DNA of 64,000 nucleotides from Octopus vulgaris (Eukaryota). The position numbers and the translations under genes are program-made. The stretch lies in assembly GCA_951406725.2 (NCBI GenBank), contig OX597832.1, forward strand, positions 29,202,001 to 29,266,000, written 5' to 3'. The notes beneath the pieces are model-generated. The model was not told the origin of the DNA, made no database searches, and worked only from the letters and a program-made list of their open reading frames with translations. Each line of letters starts with the position of its first letter. Positions within the stretch are counted from its first letter, which is position 1. Positions 13,421 through 27,456 of the stretch are shown piece after piece.

Positions 13421-13669
13421 AACAATGAGAAGTGTGTCTTTGGTGCTAAAAAGCCATTATTTAATTTGTTAGGCAAGGTGAGAGTAAGAGTGACTTTACA
13501 GCCGTTTCTGTGTACCGCGTTGAGATAAATATCATTTGCAACGAGGTAAATACATATTTATCTCAACACGGTACACAGAAACAGCTGTAAAGTCACTCTT
13601 ACCCTCACCTGGCTTAAATAATTAAATAATGGCTTTTTAGCGCCAAAGACACACTCCATTTTCATTGTT
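13421..13669. repeat. Palindrome with about 112-bp arms
   Basis: 13421-13532 is the reverse complement of 13554-13669, with a 21-nt loop. Confidence 0.85.
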
Positions 13670-14337
13670 CTCTCTCTCTCTCTCTCCTATATATATATAT
13701 ATTATATCTTATTATATATATATATATATATATACAGAGAGAGAGAGAGAGAGAGAAGTAATGGTGTCAATAAGACCCAAAAGTGTCAGGTAATGCTGAG
13801 TAAGTGCTATAGATAAACCATAGTTAAGTTCTAGGTTCGGTGATTATGCGAATAAGGAGTCCAATGTAGGTCATATATCAGCGTGAGTAAATATAAACAA
13901 TTTTTTTTTCAGAATGAGATAAAAAAAAAAAAAGCAAGGCTGTGAAGATTTTATAAACATTTATAAATAGAAGGTCTTACAACTGTTTCCAGATATTTAT
14001 TATATCCCTTCATCTCATCGGAGACGGTGTGAGAAAAGGGTTAAGCAATAGTTTATTTAGATAAGATATGAAATAGAGAGTGAAGTGGAAGAATGAAAAT
14101 AGATGTGAGATATGCAGGGATATTGCATTTGCAGATCCATTATTTATGCAGAATGGTATCTCTCTTTTTCTCTTTTTACTTGTTTCAGTCATTTGACTGC
14201 GGCCATGCTGGAGCACCACCTTTAGTCGAGCAATTCGACCCCGGGACTTATCCTTTGTAAGCCCAGTACGCTAAGTGACCGGGACATAAACACACCAGCA
14301 TCGGTTGTCAAGCAATGCTAGGGGGACAAACACACAC

Positions 14338-14376
<39 letters not shown>

Positions 14377-16069
14377 TACGACAGGCTTCTTTCAGTTTCC
14401 GTCTACCAAATCCACTCAAGGCATTGGTCGGCCCGGGGCTATAGCAGAAGACATTTGCCCAAGAATGGTATACATATAAGATTCCAATACCTTGTGAGTA
14501 AATTCCAATAGTATTTAAAATTGGTCATTCCAAGTGTAGAGTGTGTACACAATGCTATTGAATCGAAGGTTTTACATTATGCATGCATGTATTTTTATAC
14601 ATATAAATGTACATGTGTGTGACAACTAAGATTTCAAAAATGTACCCTGATTATGGAGTAACGTCTGGGTATTCCAAGAGAGAAATTGCTTTTAAGCTGG
14701 GAATGTTCTTCCTTATGTGTACTTGGTTTGAACTAGAGTACAACAAACCAAGTACAACAGGTTCCATTCTCCCCTCTGCTGCACATCTGACTTTAAGTAT
14801 TTCATTAACCTTTACAGTTTTGAGTGCAAATCCCAGCTTTTGGCCATAATCAATGCAACCTAACCTCCAACAACACCACACACCCCCACCCCCAGTCATA
14901 TGCACCCCATTCCAATTCCTGTTTGTCGCTCCTACGCAGACTTCTGCTAATAGTTTAACCCCCTCCCCCATTATTATATTTCACCTCTTCACTTCACCAC
15001 CACCTCACCCTACCTGATTCTGACCCTCAACCATTCACCCTTACCTAATCCCCTTCCTCAAGTTTTTAAGCCCACCCCCAACCGCCACCACCAACCACTC
15101 CTGCCTTCCCCTTACTGCTAGACTGGTGGTTGACACCTCTCACTTGCAAATTGTGGCTCGAAAAATGTGTTTTCACACAGACTGCACTTAAAGAGAGACC
15201 CTGGAGGGGAATTACTGGGTGCAAGTGAACTCCAAACACAAAGTCTTTAGCAGCTGGACTGCGTTAATGAAATCTTAATAATTAATCGAAAGCCAAATGT
15301 AGAAATTTTAGTCCCTTCACCACCACCCACCACCCCCAGTTCTCCTGTATACCTCTCATCACCCCCCCCCCCCTTTATGCCAACTTAAAGAATTCATTCC
15401 ACGCAGGGCCCCATCCACCTCCACCTCTTCCACCATGAGTCGAAGTGAAGTGGTTTTCACTGAAGAATTTAGTCTTTGGACATTTTGGTTATGGTAAGGT
15501 TGGGGTGGCTGGAATAATAGATTCTGTAGCAGAGGAAATGGGTTCCATTCGAGTTGGATGGTAAAAGTTTTAACTAATTAATTTTTTAATTGTTTAATGT
15601 CTCGTCTGTTATGTGGTTGGCTGGTTTGTTGGATGGTAGGACATTGATGGTGGTTTTTAAAAGATTCTCATTGCCGGTGTCAGCCAAATTCTTCAAAATT
15701 TGAAGTTGATCTGTCTGTATTTTTGATATTTTGTAGAATTAGTTGTGTAGATAAAGAATTAAACTCCCAACCATCAGGTTGTGATTTCTAATCAAACTGA
15801 CGGCGCTTTTCTGTATCTCTGTGACATTGAATTCTAGCCCTTGGAATTAAATAGTCTTAGATGTGGTTAAAGTTGATCCCAAATGTACACATGGGAAGTT
15901 CCTCTGATGTGTAGTGGTGTCCTACCCAGAAGGATCTGCCAAATTGTCAGTTTCCAGAATGAAAATCCAAATTTAAGGGATCATGCTTGTCACTAGGGTG
16001 CTGGTGCCACGTAAAAAGCACCTGGTACACTCTGTGAAGTGGTCGTTATTTGGAACTGAGGCAAAATAA

Positions 16070-16295
16070 CTTGGACATTGTTGTAGAGCTGAAAGCGAGG
16101 TAATTTCTACTCTTCTCTTCTGGAAGCCATCTGCCCGCGATACCAGAGGGCGCACACTCTCCTACCCTGATGTAATCTCCAGGGATACAAGCATCCAGCA
16201 ACAGGACCTCCATAATGCCATGATGGACCGTGAAGTCTGGCGAAACATAGTAAATTCCATTGTCTTGACCACAGTCGAACAATGAAATGAATGAA
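16070..16295 (+). mobile_element. RTE-clade LINE 3' fragment
   Basis: Open frame LGHCCRAESEVISTLLFWKPSARDTRGRTLSYPDVISRDTSIQQQDLHNAMMDREVWRNIVNSIVLTTVEQ* (stop 16283-85), followed by an (AATG)n tail. Typical RTE GHC.R / DR..WR C-terminus. Confidence 0.8.
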
Positions 16296-19200
16296 CTTGT
16301 ATAAAAGAAGAGTCTCAAGATCTACTCTGAGTATCGTTAACAGTTTAGTTCTGATAGAATGGCATCTTGGTGAGGGGCCGGGTGCTGAGTCTTGTGTCCA
16401 TGTGACAACCACGTTTTCGGTCTGTATTATGCAACGATTTAGTAAGGGCGAGTGAGGTGTCTCACGTCCATCTAACCATCAAGTCAGGGTGAGGGGGCAT
16501 CCCTCAGATCTCTGTAACAACCACATCTCTGGTTCCCCTTCAGAAAGACCCTTGTGAATCGTGGAAAGATTGGATTTTCCAAAGCTGAACTCAACTGTTC
16601 ATCGGGGTGTCAAATTCATAAATCCCATATCATTACACTGACTCACTCACACACCCATATAATACTCTGTCTGTCTATAAATATGTGCATATATATATAT
16701 ATATATGTATATATAGGCACACACATGCTCACATACGCACATACACACGTATATACATATCCAGCAGCAATGACCTAGATCTGTTGCCAATAAAAACTAC
16801 CTCTAGTTTCCTCTGGGACACACACTAGTATTTTGCTATTTACAGTTTACCAAAGTAATCAACCACTTCATACTTGTTCCTCCCACCCTCCCTCCTTCCT
16901 GTCTGTCTTTTTTCCCCCTCTCTGCCCCCTGCCCCCCTCCACCAACATCCTCTAATCCTCTACATTTTTATAATCATTATTTTGAGAATTTTCTCTGATG
17001 CCCATTCACTGTTCCTGGGATGTCACTGGGGAATATATATTCACACACACACACACACATTTGTATGTGGGTGTGTCTGCATGTATATTTATGTATGTAT
17101 ATTTCCAGAGGTATATTAATATATAGATAGATTGATAAATAGATAGATACATATATATATATATATGTATGTATTGAAAACAGTTAAAACCTTTCAAAGT
17201 GATTCTCCAGTATGGCTACAGTTCTGTGACTGAAATAATTAACACCTATGGTACTCCTTTCCAAGTACTGAGTGCCCATCCAAACATGGCTGATGCCAGT
17301 GCTACCTGACTGGCTCCTATTCCGGTGGCACATAAAAAGCACCCACTACACTCTCAGAATGGTTGGCATTAGGAAAGGCATCTAGCTATAGAAACATTGC
17401 CAGATCAGATTGGACTGTGGTACAGCCTCCTGGCTTGCCAGTCCCCAGTCAAACCATCCAACCCATGCCAGCATGGAAAACGGACATTAAACAGTGATGA
17501 TGATGTTGATGAAGCTGTGATGTTGTCCTCTCCTCTGTTTGTGCCTTCAAAGACCTGTGACATGAGGGACTCCTTAAACAAAACAATTAAAGATTAGTGA
17601 CGAAATGGTCATCTGGTTATAGAACACTGCCCCAATTATACATTCATCCAAACAAAAAAGGGCTATGGGTTGAACCTTTCCTTTCTGATGTAGCAGATGT
17701 AAAAATGATGTCTTGAGTTATTTGTTCCATGTCTTAAAATTCTGAGTTGAAATCTTGGGCTGCCATCTTTCCTGGGTCAATAAAATAACATGTGAACAAG
17801 CACAGATATGATGAGCTTTACACAGTTTCCATCTATCATATTTCCTTTCTCACATGGTATTATTATTCAGAAAAAAACACACCCAAGGTGAACTGGAGTG
17901 GGACTGAACCTTGATGTGAATTTGTGTGTTGAAGCAAAGGTTGTCTTAGCAGGGTCATCATGCCAATAATAATTAACACATGCACTGGTTCAATACCACT
18001 TCTTTATTGTCAGTCAGTTGGTTAGATATTGAAGCAGCTAACTAATCGATTGTTTTATATGTTGGTTAATTGATCAGTTGGTTGTTAGTCAACATCCTTT
18101 CATTGCTACTTGTAACCTCATCGCTGACTTACCTTGAGGCAGAACAAACAATTGATTGACTGTTTAACCAACACATTAAACAAATGATGGATTAGTTGGT
18201 TAAACGTCTAAATGATTGACTAATAATAAAGAAGTGATATTGAAACAGTGCATGTGTTTAATTTTATTATTGGTATAATGACCCTCCCAAGACACAACCA
18301 GGTGTGTGTGTACTCACCCTTATATGTGGGGCAGTTCTGTATCTCTTCTATAGGAAGACACCTGTGCCTTAACACTTGGCATGAAGCCGTCTCCCCTCCC
18401 AAATACTTCTCCATCCATACCTAGTCATGTGGAGGTATGTGGCCTAGTGGTTAGGGTGTTGGACTCGTGATCATAAGTGCCGCCTTGCTGGCTCCCTGTG
18501 CCGGTGGCACATAAAAAGCACCATCCGAACATGGTTGATGTATATACATGTCTGCATATATATATGTCTTAAGCAAACATGCTTCGCATATTTTAATTTC
18601 TATTTCTAAATATCAATCTCTGGAGATATAAACACATTCAATCCTCTCTGTCTCTCTGTCTGTCTGTTTGTCTCTCTCTCTCTCTCATTAAACAATCATA
18701 TTTCTAAAGGGATTAGTTAGGTATGTACCCAATTAAATGTTCATTCCTACCCTCTTATCTAAAACTCTCTATGTGTTTGTGTGTATATATATACATACAT
18801 ATATATAATGTGTATGTATGTATGTATGTATGTATGTATGTATGTATGTATGTATGTATGTATGTATGTATATATCTATATATATATTTATGTGTAACAT
18901 CGACATTTCTGAGTAAATAAAATAGTTTTTTCTTCTTCTCCAACAGACACACACACTCTCTCTCTCTCTCTAGTCTGCACATATACACATTCATGCATGC
19001 TTAAACATACACATTCACACACTTATTGTAACACACTCATATGACATTACACACACACACACACACTTTGTAACACATCCTCATACATGCTCTAATGTAC
19101 ACACACATACACAACTGTTTTTCACCACCACTACCACAACCTATACTGGGACCATCACCACCACTATCCTATCACCATCACCAAGGTATATTTATTGGTC

Positions 19201-20671
19201 TACTTAGCTGGTACCCAGGTAACTGCAATTGATATCACCTGTCCCTGTTCCCCCCCTCATGGGGTGGGTGGGGGTGGAGGTTTTCTGTTTTTAATTGTTT
19301 TTGTTGACAAATGTGTATCTGTCTTTGTATATACGTGAGTGTCCAGTTGCACAAGTGTGTGTGTGTGTATAATTGTCTATGTATGCACGTGTGTATGGAT
19401 TGCACCTGTGCATGCACACCTAGGAAAGCCTGCAGTTTATCTAAAACAATGCAACACCATCACCATCACAGTCACCACCCCCACCATGGCCACGACCTCT
19501 ACCATCATCATCATCATCATCATCGCCAATAACATTAATTCCTGTGAAGGATACCCTTCGCTACAGGCACTTGATCTGTTAGAAATAACAGCCAAACTAC
19601 AACCGTAATTACCACCACTACTGTAACACACTACCAATACCATTTCCTGCCACTGTCATCTTACCACCACCACCACCACCAACAACAACAACAACCAAAC
19701 TGAGAAAAACGAATGTCTCAAGAATTACCGTTTATGGACTGTTTTCCATTTGGCGTCTTGGAGTGTCTGAAATCGATGAATTGCAAGAATTAGTTGGATT
19801 CATTATCTATTGAATTCTAATGAAGCCCTTAATTCTTCCTGTTAAAAACATTTAATGCTGTTGGCTTTCTCTCCTAATTCTTCAACTGTGAAGTGCCTCA
19901 GTTTCCAAATGATCAATAATCACAAAAAATTAAAATAATAATGATAATACTAAATAAATAAAAGATGGGCTACAGCAAATATTCTGCTCAATACCACAGA
20001 TTTTCTTGTCAGTTGTTTGACCTTAACCAGTTGAGCATGTCCCTTAGTGGCTGACGATATGTGAATCTCTGATCACGAGCAGATGTAGTGGGGGAGCATC
20101 ATAGCCACTATTTGCGGTTTGGATAATTCACCTTTGGAAACATGGCTGTTATGTTCAACATCCTTAAACAACCCTCATTCAGGGACTGTTTGAGTGGGAT
20201 GAGCTACTGGACATGACGATAATTCTAACTGGGCCCCACCTGCAAGGTCATGTACTGTTTATCTTGATATGAGATCACCATGTCACATACACATGGATGT
20301 GATGCATGTGTCTGGTGTAGCCTTATCAGACGGGTAGTCATGATGGGTTTACTGGGCTTCGTATATTTTACTCCAAGCAAAAAACAAACTCCATCCTCAG
20401 GGATTATGTTCATAGCATGCAGTCAAAAAATATAGGTCTGCTAGGTAGAACCCATATCCGAAGTTAGCCTTTGTTCAGTAGCACAACTCAAAATGGCTGT
20501 ACACACAACACATAACCTGGTAACTACCAAACACAATCCATGTATCATTATCTAGTATAGATTAAACACTGAACAGTATATTACAAAAATGCACAAACTG
20601 TCTTAGAGAATGAGAAAGTAACTGTATTATGGGTTATACTAATTTGCACAAATAGTGAATTCTAGACTAAT

Positions 20672-20958
20672 TTGTCCGACATTGCTATCAAGGACAACAG
20701 GAGAAGAAATGTCTCCTCACCAGAGTACCAGCCCTGGCAAGTGATGACGAATTTTGGAAAGTAGAAATATGAAGATCTGGAGATGGAGATAACCAGAATG
20801 TAGAGACTGAGGCAAGAAACAGTCCCTCAAATAATAACTGGTACTTTGGGAATGATTAAAAAAATAAAGCAAAAAAACCCCAGAAAAATGACCACATATC
20901 ACAGAAACTGACACCCCTAAGCAGCATTCAGATTTTGCATAGAGCGCCATCAGTGTAA
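20672..20958 (+). mobile_element. Relic of restriction-like endonuclease C-terminus, R4/Dong-type non-LTR element
   Basis: Frameshifted peptides DIAIKDN / QEKKCLL / KYEDLEMEITRM*RL..ETVPQIITGTLGMIKK / QKLTPLSSIQILHRAPSV* follow the PDI..…KY.DL..EI.R.W…P.V.GALG…Q…L..LRR pattern of RLE retrotransposons. Confidence 0.7.
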
Positions 20959-21933
20959 CAGTCATGACAAAACACTGCACCAGAGTGCACAGAACTGCAC
21001 TCAGTAATTGCAGTGAAAGCATGCAATAAAAATTAGGATTAGTGAAAAATTAATAAGCGTATTGTTGTTAATCTAATCTAAATGCTGGAGATTATTGCAA
21101 GAGTGTTATATTTCCATAATACCGATTCCATCTGTTTAATTCCAGAACATTGATCGGCCACACTAACTGACCGTTTCCTTGTTTTACCGTTAATGATTGC
21201 CATTTGTCCAAATTCTTGTATCTGATGTTAACGGAATATTATTTAAGCCAGCCACTAATCTCCAATATTCTAAGAATAAAAGCCTCGTCAAAGATTACTG
21301 CCTTGCCGGTAATAATAATACGTATAATTGATTTTGTCTTAGATGCAGTGTTAAGAGATCATATCGGGATATTACACTGTAATCCATGGGATATTGCATG
21401 TTCTTAAATGGCACGTCTTTTTCTGATTCGTTTCTGCAATTCGATTTTGCCACATGTCTGTTGAAGCATCAGAACAGCAGTGAGATTTAAGGTGTCAACC
21501 ATATGATTGTGAGTTCAAACCCTGTCACTGCAGTTTTTGCGTTGTTCGAGCAAGCTTAACAAACACTGCTGATATCTATCTATCTATCTATCTATCTACC
21601 CCAGTCTGCATGGCTGACAAACAAGTTCAACTACTTTATAGCGGAATAGTTGAGCAATAGAAAAATTAGCTGTGTCAATACTCCCAACTGTATGCAAATT
21701 TATGTAAATTGGCCTTGCACATATTAACATAGAAAATATATATAACACAGCAAAAACAGAAAACTAGAAGCAATTTTGTAATATTATGTTAGAAGTTAAT
21801 TTGGTTAGACAGGAAATGAAAGTTAAATGTGAGTTCATGTAGATATATCCCACATGTTATGTTTATGTACACACATGCACAAGTAGATGTTAAATGCTGC
21901 TCTTTCTCTCCCTCCCTCCCCCCTCTCTCTCTC

Positions 21934-21977
<44 letters not shown>

Positions 21978-22003
21978 TACACATATATACATATATCTAT
22001 CTA

Positions 22004-22043
<40 letters not shown>

Positions 22044-22069
22044 TACACATATATACATATATCTATCTA

Positions 22070-22107
<38 letters not shown>

Positions 22108-22110
22108 TAC

Positions 22111-22145
<35 letters not shown>

Positions 22146-23420
22146 TTCATCTGATGAAGGGTTATTAACCCCGAAATATAAGAAATATAAAGTAAAGTGT
22201 AAACAGTTCTGTCTTTCTTCTGTTTTCACTTGTCTCTTTCATTTTCCATTGGGATTATCAGCGTTAGCTTGAAGTGTCACACAATGCTTCTCTCAAACTG
22301 CCCTATGCTCATGTGTGTATGTGTTTCACCATTGAGGTCATCATGTAACCTTGAGGGCTGTATGTTGATGCCACTGGTACCGCTGTCATAAAAAAAAAAA
22401 GCACTCGGTCCAATCTGTAAAGTGGCTGGCATTAGCAAGGGCCTCCAACTGTAGAAACCATGCCAAAAACGGACATTGGAGCAAGATGCCATCTTTGATC
22501 TTGTCAGATCCTGTAGAGCCGTCTTTGAGCTTGTCAGATCCTGTAGAGCCGTCCAACCCATGCCAGCATAGAACATTGAGTGACGGTGATATACCTGTGT
22601 GTGTGGACGAATTTGTATTCATTCAATGGTGTCGGATACGGTTTTTGATGATCCTTTTGTAGGTATTTAATTACTTTTAATAATCTTTCCTGTACACAGA
22701 GGCCAGCTATGTACCCCATTTTACGATTACTTTACGGCTTTCCACACATGACTGCTCTCTGTAAACATTGTCTTTTGTTTCTGTATCCACACTTCATTGC
22801 ACACCTGTGATGCGACCCTTTCACTCATTAACTCAAAACAACATGGGTATACATAACACACATACACACTCACACACACAATACTTCATCTGTGTTTCAA
22901 TGTCCACTTTCCCATGCTTACCTGTGTCAGGTGGAATTCATTGATGCAGATCTTCTATGGCAGGATGTCCTTCCTATCACCAACCCTTACCTGTTTCCAA
23001 GAAAGGTAATAAGGGCACTACCTGTATAATAACGATGCTTGTTTACACTTATCATGCTATATCAAAACAACACCCCTTTTATCATTCATCTTGTTTCAGA
23101 TCGTTAGGGGTTCTGCCTCGAAGGATTTTTAGTTAAACAAATCAACCCCAGCACTAATTGTTTTCTTTTATACTTACCTTCTATTGGTCCCTTTTGCCAA
23201 ACTGCTTAAGTTACGAATTGTCAAGCAGTGTGGGGGACAAAAACACACACACAGATATATATATAGGGAGAGTTTATGACAAAAACAAAAGATGAAGACA
23301 GGTGGTGTAGAAAACAAACAGATGTATTAGTATAATGCTCAGAAATAGAAAAAGTCTTTTACGTTTCGAGCCTATGCTCTTCTACAGAAAGGGACACAGA
23401 AAAAACAAGGAGAGGAAAAA

Positions 23421-23465
<45 letters not shown>

Positions 23466-24011
23466 ACGAGCTTCTTTGAGTTTCCGTCTACCAAGTCCAC
23501 TCACAAGCTTTGTACTATACGTGAGGCTTTAGTAGAAGACACTTGCCCAAGGTGTCACTCAGTGGAGCTGAACCTAGAACCATGTGCTGAGGAAACAAAA
23601 CTTCTTACCACACACCCACACCTGCGGGCTTCCTTCAGTTTCCATCATCGAAATTCATTCACAAAGCTTGGGACTATATAGTTAAAGACATTTGCTCAAG
23701 GTGTCGCATAGTGAGTATGAAACTGAAGACATGGGTGGGGACACGTTGGACTGGCTCCTGTGCAGGTGGCACGTAAAAAGCACCATTTGAGCGTGGCCCA
23801 TGCCAGTGCCACCTGACTAGTCCTCGTGCCAGTGGCATGTAAAAGCACCCACTACACTCTCGGAGTGGTTGCCGTTATGAAGGGCATCCCGCTGTAGAAA
23901 CTTTGCCAGATCAGATTGGAGACTGGTGCAACCTTCTGGCTTGCCACCCCTCTGTCATACCGTCCAACCCATGCCAGCATGGAAAGCAGACGTTAAACGA
24001 TGACACACACG

Positions 24012-24053
<42 letters not shown>

Positions 24054-24058
24054 TTTAT

Positions 24059-24281
24059 TTAATCCCTTAGCTTTCACACTTCTGTCAAAGGTAATAGTTA
24101 CATATTTACATTATCTTGTTAGCATTATCTTGTAGCTCGGACATTTTCACAATGTAATTGCTTAGTTTAAAAAAAAAAAACATTGTAGGACGGGTGCGAG
24201 AGGCCAGGTGTGGTCAGATTAAACATTGAACAGGTAGATTATTTGGGCTGGGTATGGTTGATTTAAACGTTAAAATGTTGA
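24059..24281. mobile_element. Possible older TTAA-type MITE
   Basis: Ends ttaatcccttagc… and …gttaaaatgttga are weakly inverted; single degenerate copy. Confidence 0.3.
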
Positions 24282-24977
24282 GCACTCACATATCTGAAAA
24301 AGAGTAAGGACTCGAGATACCTTTAAAGGAGAGGATTTTAAAGGATATTATTACGAAAATAATGGACCAGGGGTAGGTAGATAGGTGTGAGATACAACGT
24401 CACCCTGAAATATACCATTCAGGGTAGATGTCGTTATACAGCAGGCTGTGACACACCATTAGAGGGAGATGAGATCCCAAGTGTTGTATGTACCACCTTT
24501 GTATACCTACATGTGAGGCCATTTAGGGGGTAGGATGTCAAATAACATACACCCATGTGATATGCCGCTAGGGGTGGGTGGGTGAGATTGTTGTTTCAGT
24601 AGAGCTTTGGAGGGTGGCGCCAGAATAATATTTGTGAATGGGAGAGGTGCTTGGGGTGGGTGGTGGTGGGGTGTTTGCTGTATGAGACCAGTTGTGAGTG
24701 GGAGAGAAGTGCTTGGTGAGTGAGGTAGGTATATGTGCCAGTCACATAGCTGTGCTAAGTGGGAGATGGTGGAGGAAGAGGAAGACACACACACACACAT
24801 GCACACACACACGCGCACACACACACACACACACACCTGCATGAGGTGAAGTTTGAAGTTGTGACTTTTCCTGTTGACCTACAAGGGTGCCCACCCCACC
24901 CCACCCACCGTCCTGCTCCTAACCCACTTCCTCTGTACACACACACACACACACTGTGTGCTGTTTGTAGACACACA

Positions 24978-25012
<35 letters not shown>

Positions 25013-25171
25013 TTGTAAATGTAATGTGAACTTATGCACACCTGCTCTCTCTCTCTCACACACACATGAAGGTAACCACCTGAGTAAAAAATTTGACAGT
25101 TTTATAAGTTATTTTTTATCAGTGAACCTAATTGGCTGTGAGTGTTTATATATATATATATATATATACAG

Positions 25172-25202
<31 letters not shown>

Positions 25203-25877
25203 AAATGTCAGGTGTGTGTGTGTGTATATATATATATGTATATCAGGTGTGTGTATGTTGTTTATATATACATACACCCACCTGTCAAACATACACCTGA
25301 CAACCAGTTGGCCTTTTTTGTTCTCTCTTCCCTCTCCTAGTTTGGTTGACATTCTCTGTTATTTATTGTTCCCAGCCCTCCCACTACACACACATTTCTG
25401 ATTTGTTTTCTCCCAAAAGTCACCACCACCACCACAAGTATGTAGTACCCAGGAAGTTGTCTTTAACCCCATGTCACTCCTTGATTCATCCACTACCCCC
25501 CCCCCCCCCCGGCGCAATGATTAAGAGCATTTCAACCGTGACCATCATGTCTTTTCTGAATATCAAATGTTACTTACATTGTTTCTTTCTTTTTAAAATT
25601 TATAGTAATATAAGTTTGAAGGGAATTTGGCTGCTATTTCTAGCGTGTCAAACGTTTTCTTAGTTTTCTTTTACCCCTTCTTAATAAATTTATGATGATG
25701 ATGACGATGATGGTGATAGTGGTGGTGTTAGTGGTAGTTGGTAGTAGTGTTCACACAGAGAAAGTACAAGTACTTGGTAGTGGTGTGGGTGATGTCTCTC
25801 TTCTGGAGTTGTGGTGGTGGTGGTGGTGGTGGTGGTGTAAGGACACCAATTGAGGAGGACAGGGTATGAAGTGTGGA

Positions 25878-25937
<60 letters not shown>

Positions 25938-26304
25938 TAGATGTGTGTGCGTGTGTTTAAAGATGTATTTGTTTGTGTGTATTTATAGTTGTGTCTGTAT
26001 GTATTTAAAGGTGTATTTGTGTGTATTCGTAGGTGTATCTCTGCTCTGTGTGTGCGTGGAACAATAGGGTTTAACAGAGGAAAAGAGGTAATTTAGTGAA
26101 CAGAACGGGTTTACTATCTGTCTGTCTCTCTCTCTCCACCTCTTTCTTTCCCCACACCCACCCTATCACACTACCCCCACCCTTTACTGTAGGAAACAGT
26201 TAAACAGAAATATTTGCTGTGATAAAAAAAAAAGCCACCTCTTTGTTCATTCATATTCTTTTTACCTTGTTTTATTGTGTGTATAAAATGTATTTGCCTG
26301 TGTG

Positions 26305-26352
<48 letters not shown>

Positions 26353-26353
26353 A

Positions 26354-26630
26354 TCTATATATATAAAGATGAGAATGTGTGTGTCTGTCTGTGTGAATCC
26401 CTAAAACTTGAGAACTACACAACCAATTTCATTCAAATTTTACACATGCCTTACTTAGGGTCCATGTATTGTTATAGGCCCCAAAATTGTTTAACTTCTT
26501 GCCTAGTGCGAGCCCACAGCAACTCCACTATTTCTGTATTACGTGTCAAAAGTGAAACAATATCACCTCTCTATTCTAATGTCAGATATTTTCACTTTAA
26601 TTCTGAAACTATTAAATTAAAGTGAAACTA
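26354..26630 (+). mobile_element. Helitron-like 5' end
   Basis: A|TCTATATATATAAAGATGAGAATGTGTGTGTCTGTC…CCAATTTCATTCAAATTTTACAC resembles non-autonomous Helitron 5' termini as I recall them. Confidence 0.5.
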
Positions 26631-27290
26631 TTATCTCACATATATACAAGCATACATATATATACATGCATATATATAATATATATATATATATAGTTAA
26701 TCCAAACATGAAAACACAAAGAGAAAACACAACAACATGAGGACATGGAACAAATATAGTATTATTGGACACTCAGGAAGGAAGGGAAGAAGGAGGGTTT
26801 AACGTTTTGAGCGGACCTCTTCGTCGGAAACATAGGAAAAGGGAAGATGGAGGAAAAAAAATCGCCAACGGTACACACACGGTCACATTTTATATATATA
26901 TATATATGTGCACAAATGTATATATATAGATGTATATGTATATGTGTAGATGTACATGTAATATGTACACACACACACATACATACATACATACATACAT
27001 ACATCATCATCATCATCATCATCATTTAGCGTCTGCTTTCCATGCTAGCATGGGTTGGACGGGTCAACTGGGGTCTGTGAAGCTGGAAGGCTTCGTCAGG
27101 CCCAGTCAGATCTGGCAGTGTTTCTACGGCTGGATGCCCTTCCTAACGCCAACCACTCCGCGAGTGTAGTGGGTGTTTTTTACGTGCCACCTGCACATAT
27201 ATATATATATATATATATCATGTTGAATCGTTAGCTCCTGCACGCATTTTTTTTCTTTCCTTGTTTCTCTCCTTGTTTTTTTCTGTGTAT

Positions 27291-27326
27291 CTTTCTGTCG
27301 AAGAGCGTAGGCTCGAAACGTTAAAG
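27291..27326 (+). ncRNA. Minimal hammerhead-like motif (A6U variant) in Penelope-type repeat
   Basis: cttt CTGTCGA a gagc gtag gctc GAAAC GTT aaag. The same family occurs on the minus strand at 23356-23391, 51278-51313 and, degenerate, about 31650-31690. Confidence 0.55.
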
Positions 27327-27424
27327 ACTTGTTCTATTTCTATTCCTGAGCGCTATACTAATACATTTGTTTGTTTGTACTCCACCTGCCTTCGTCTTTT
27401 GTTTATTTTCGTAAACCTTCCCGT

Positions 27425-27456
<32 letters not shown>

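Noticed and set aside
15435-15497. Candidate glypican exon 1
   Set aside because: 20 codons, no signal-peptide or Cys motif, and the donor phase is incompatible with exon 2.
19960-20430. Probable interspersed repeat on the minus strand
   Set aside because: Only one copy in the window and no diagnostic termini, so it cannot be classified from the sequence alone.
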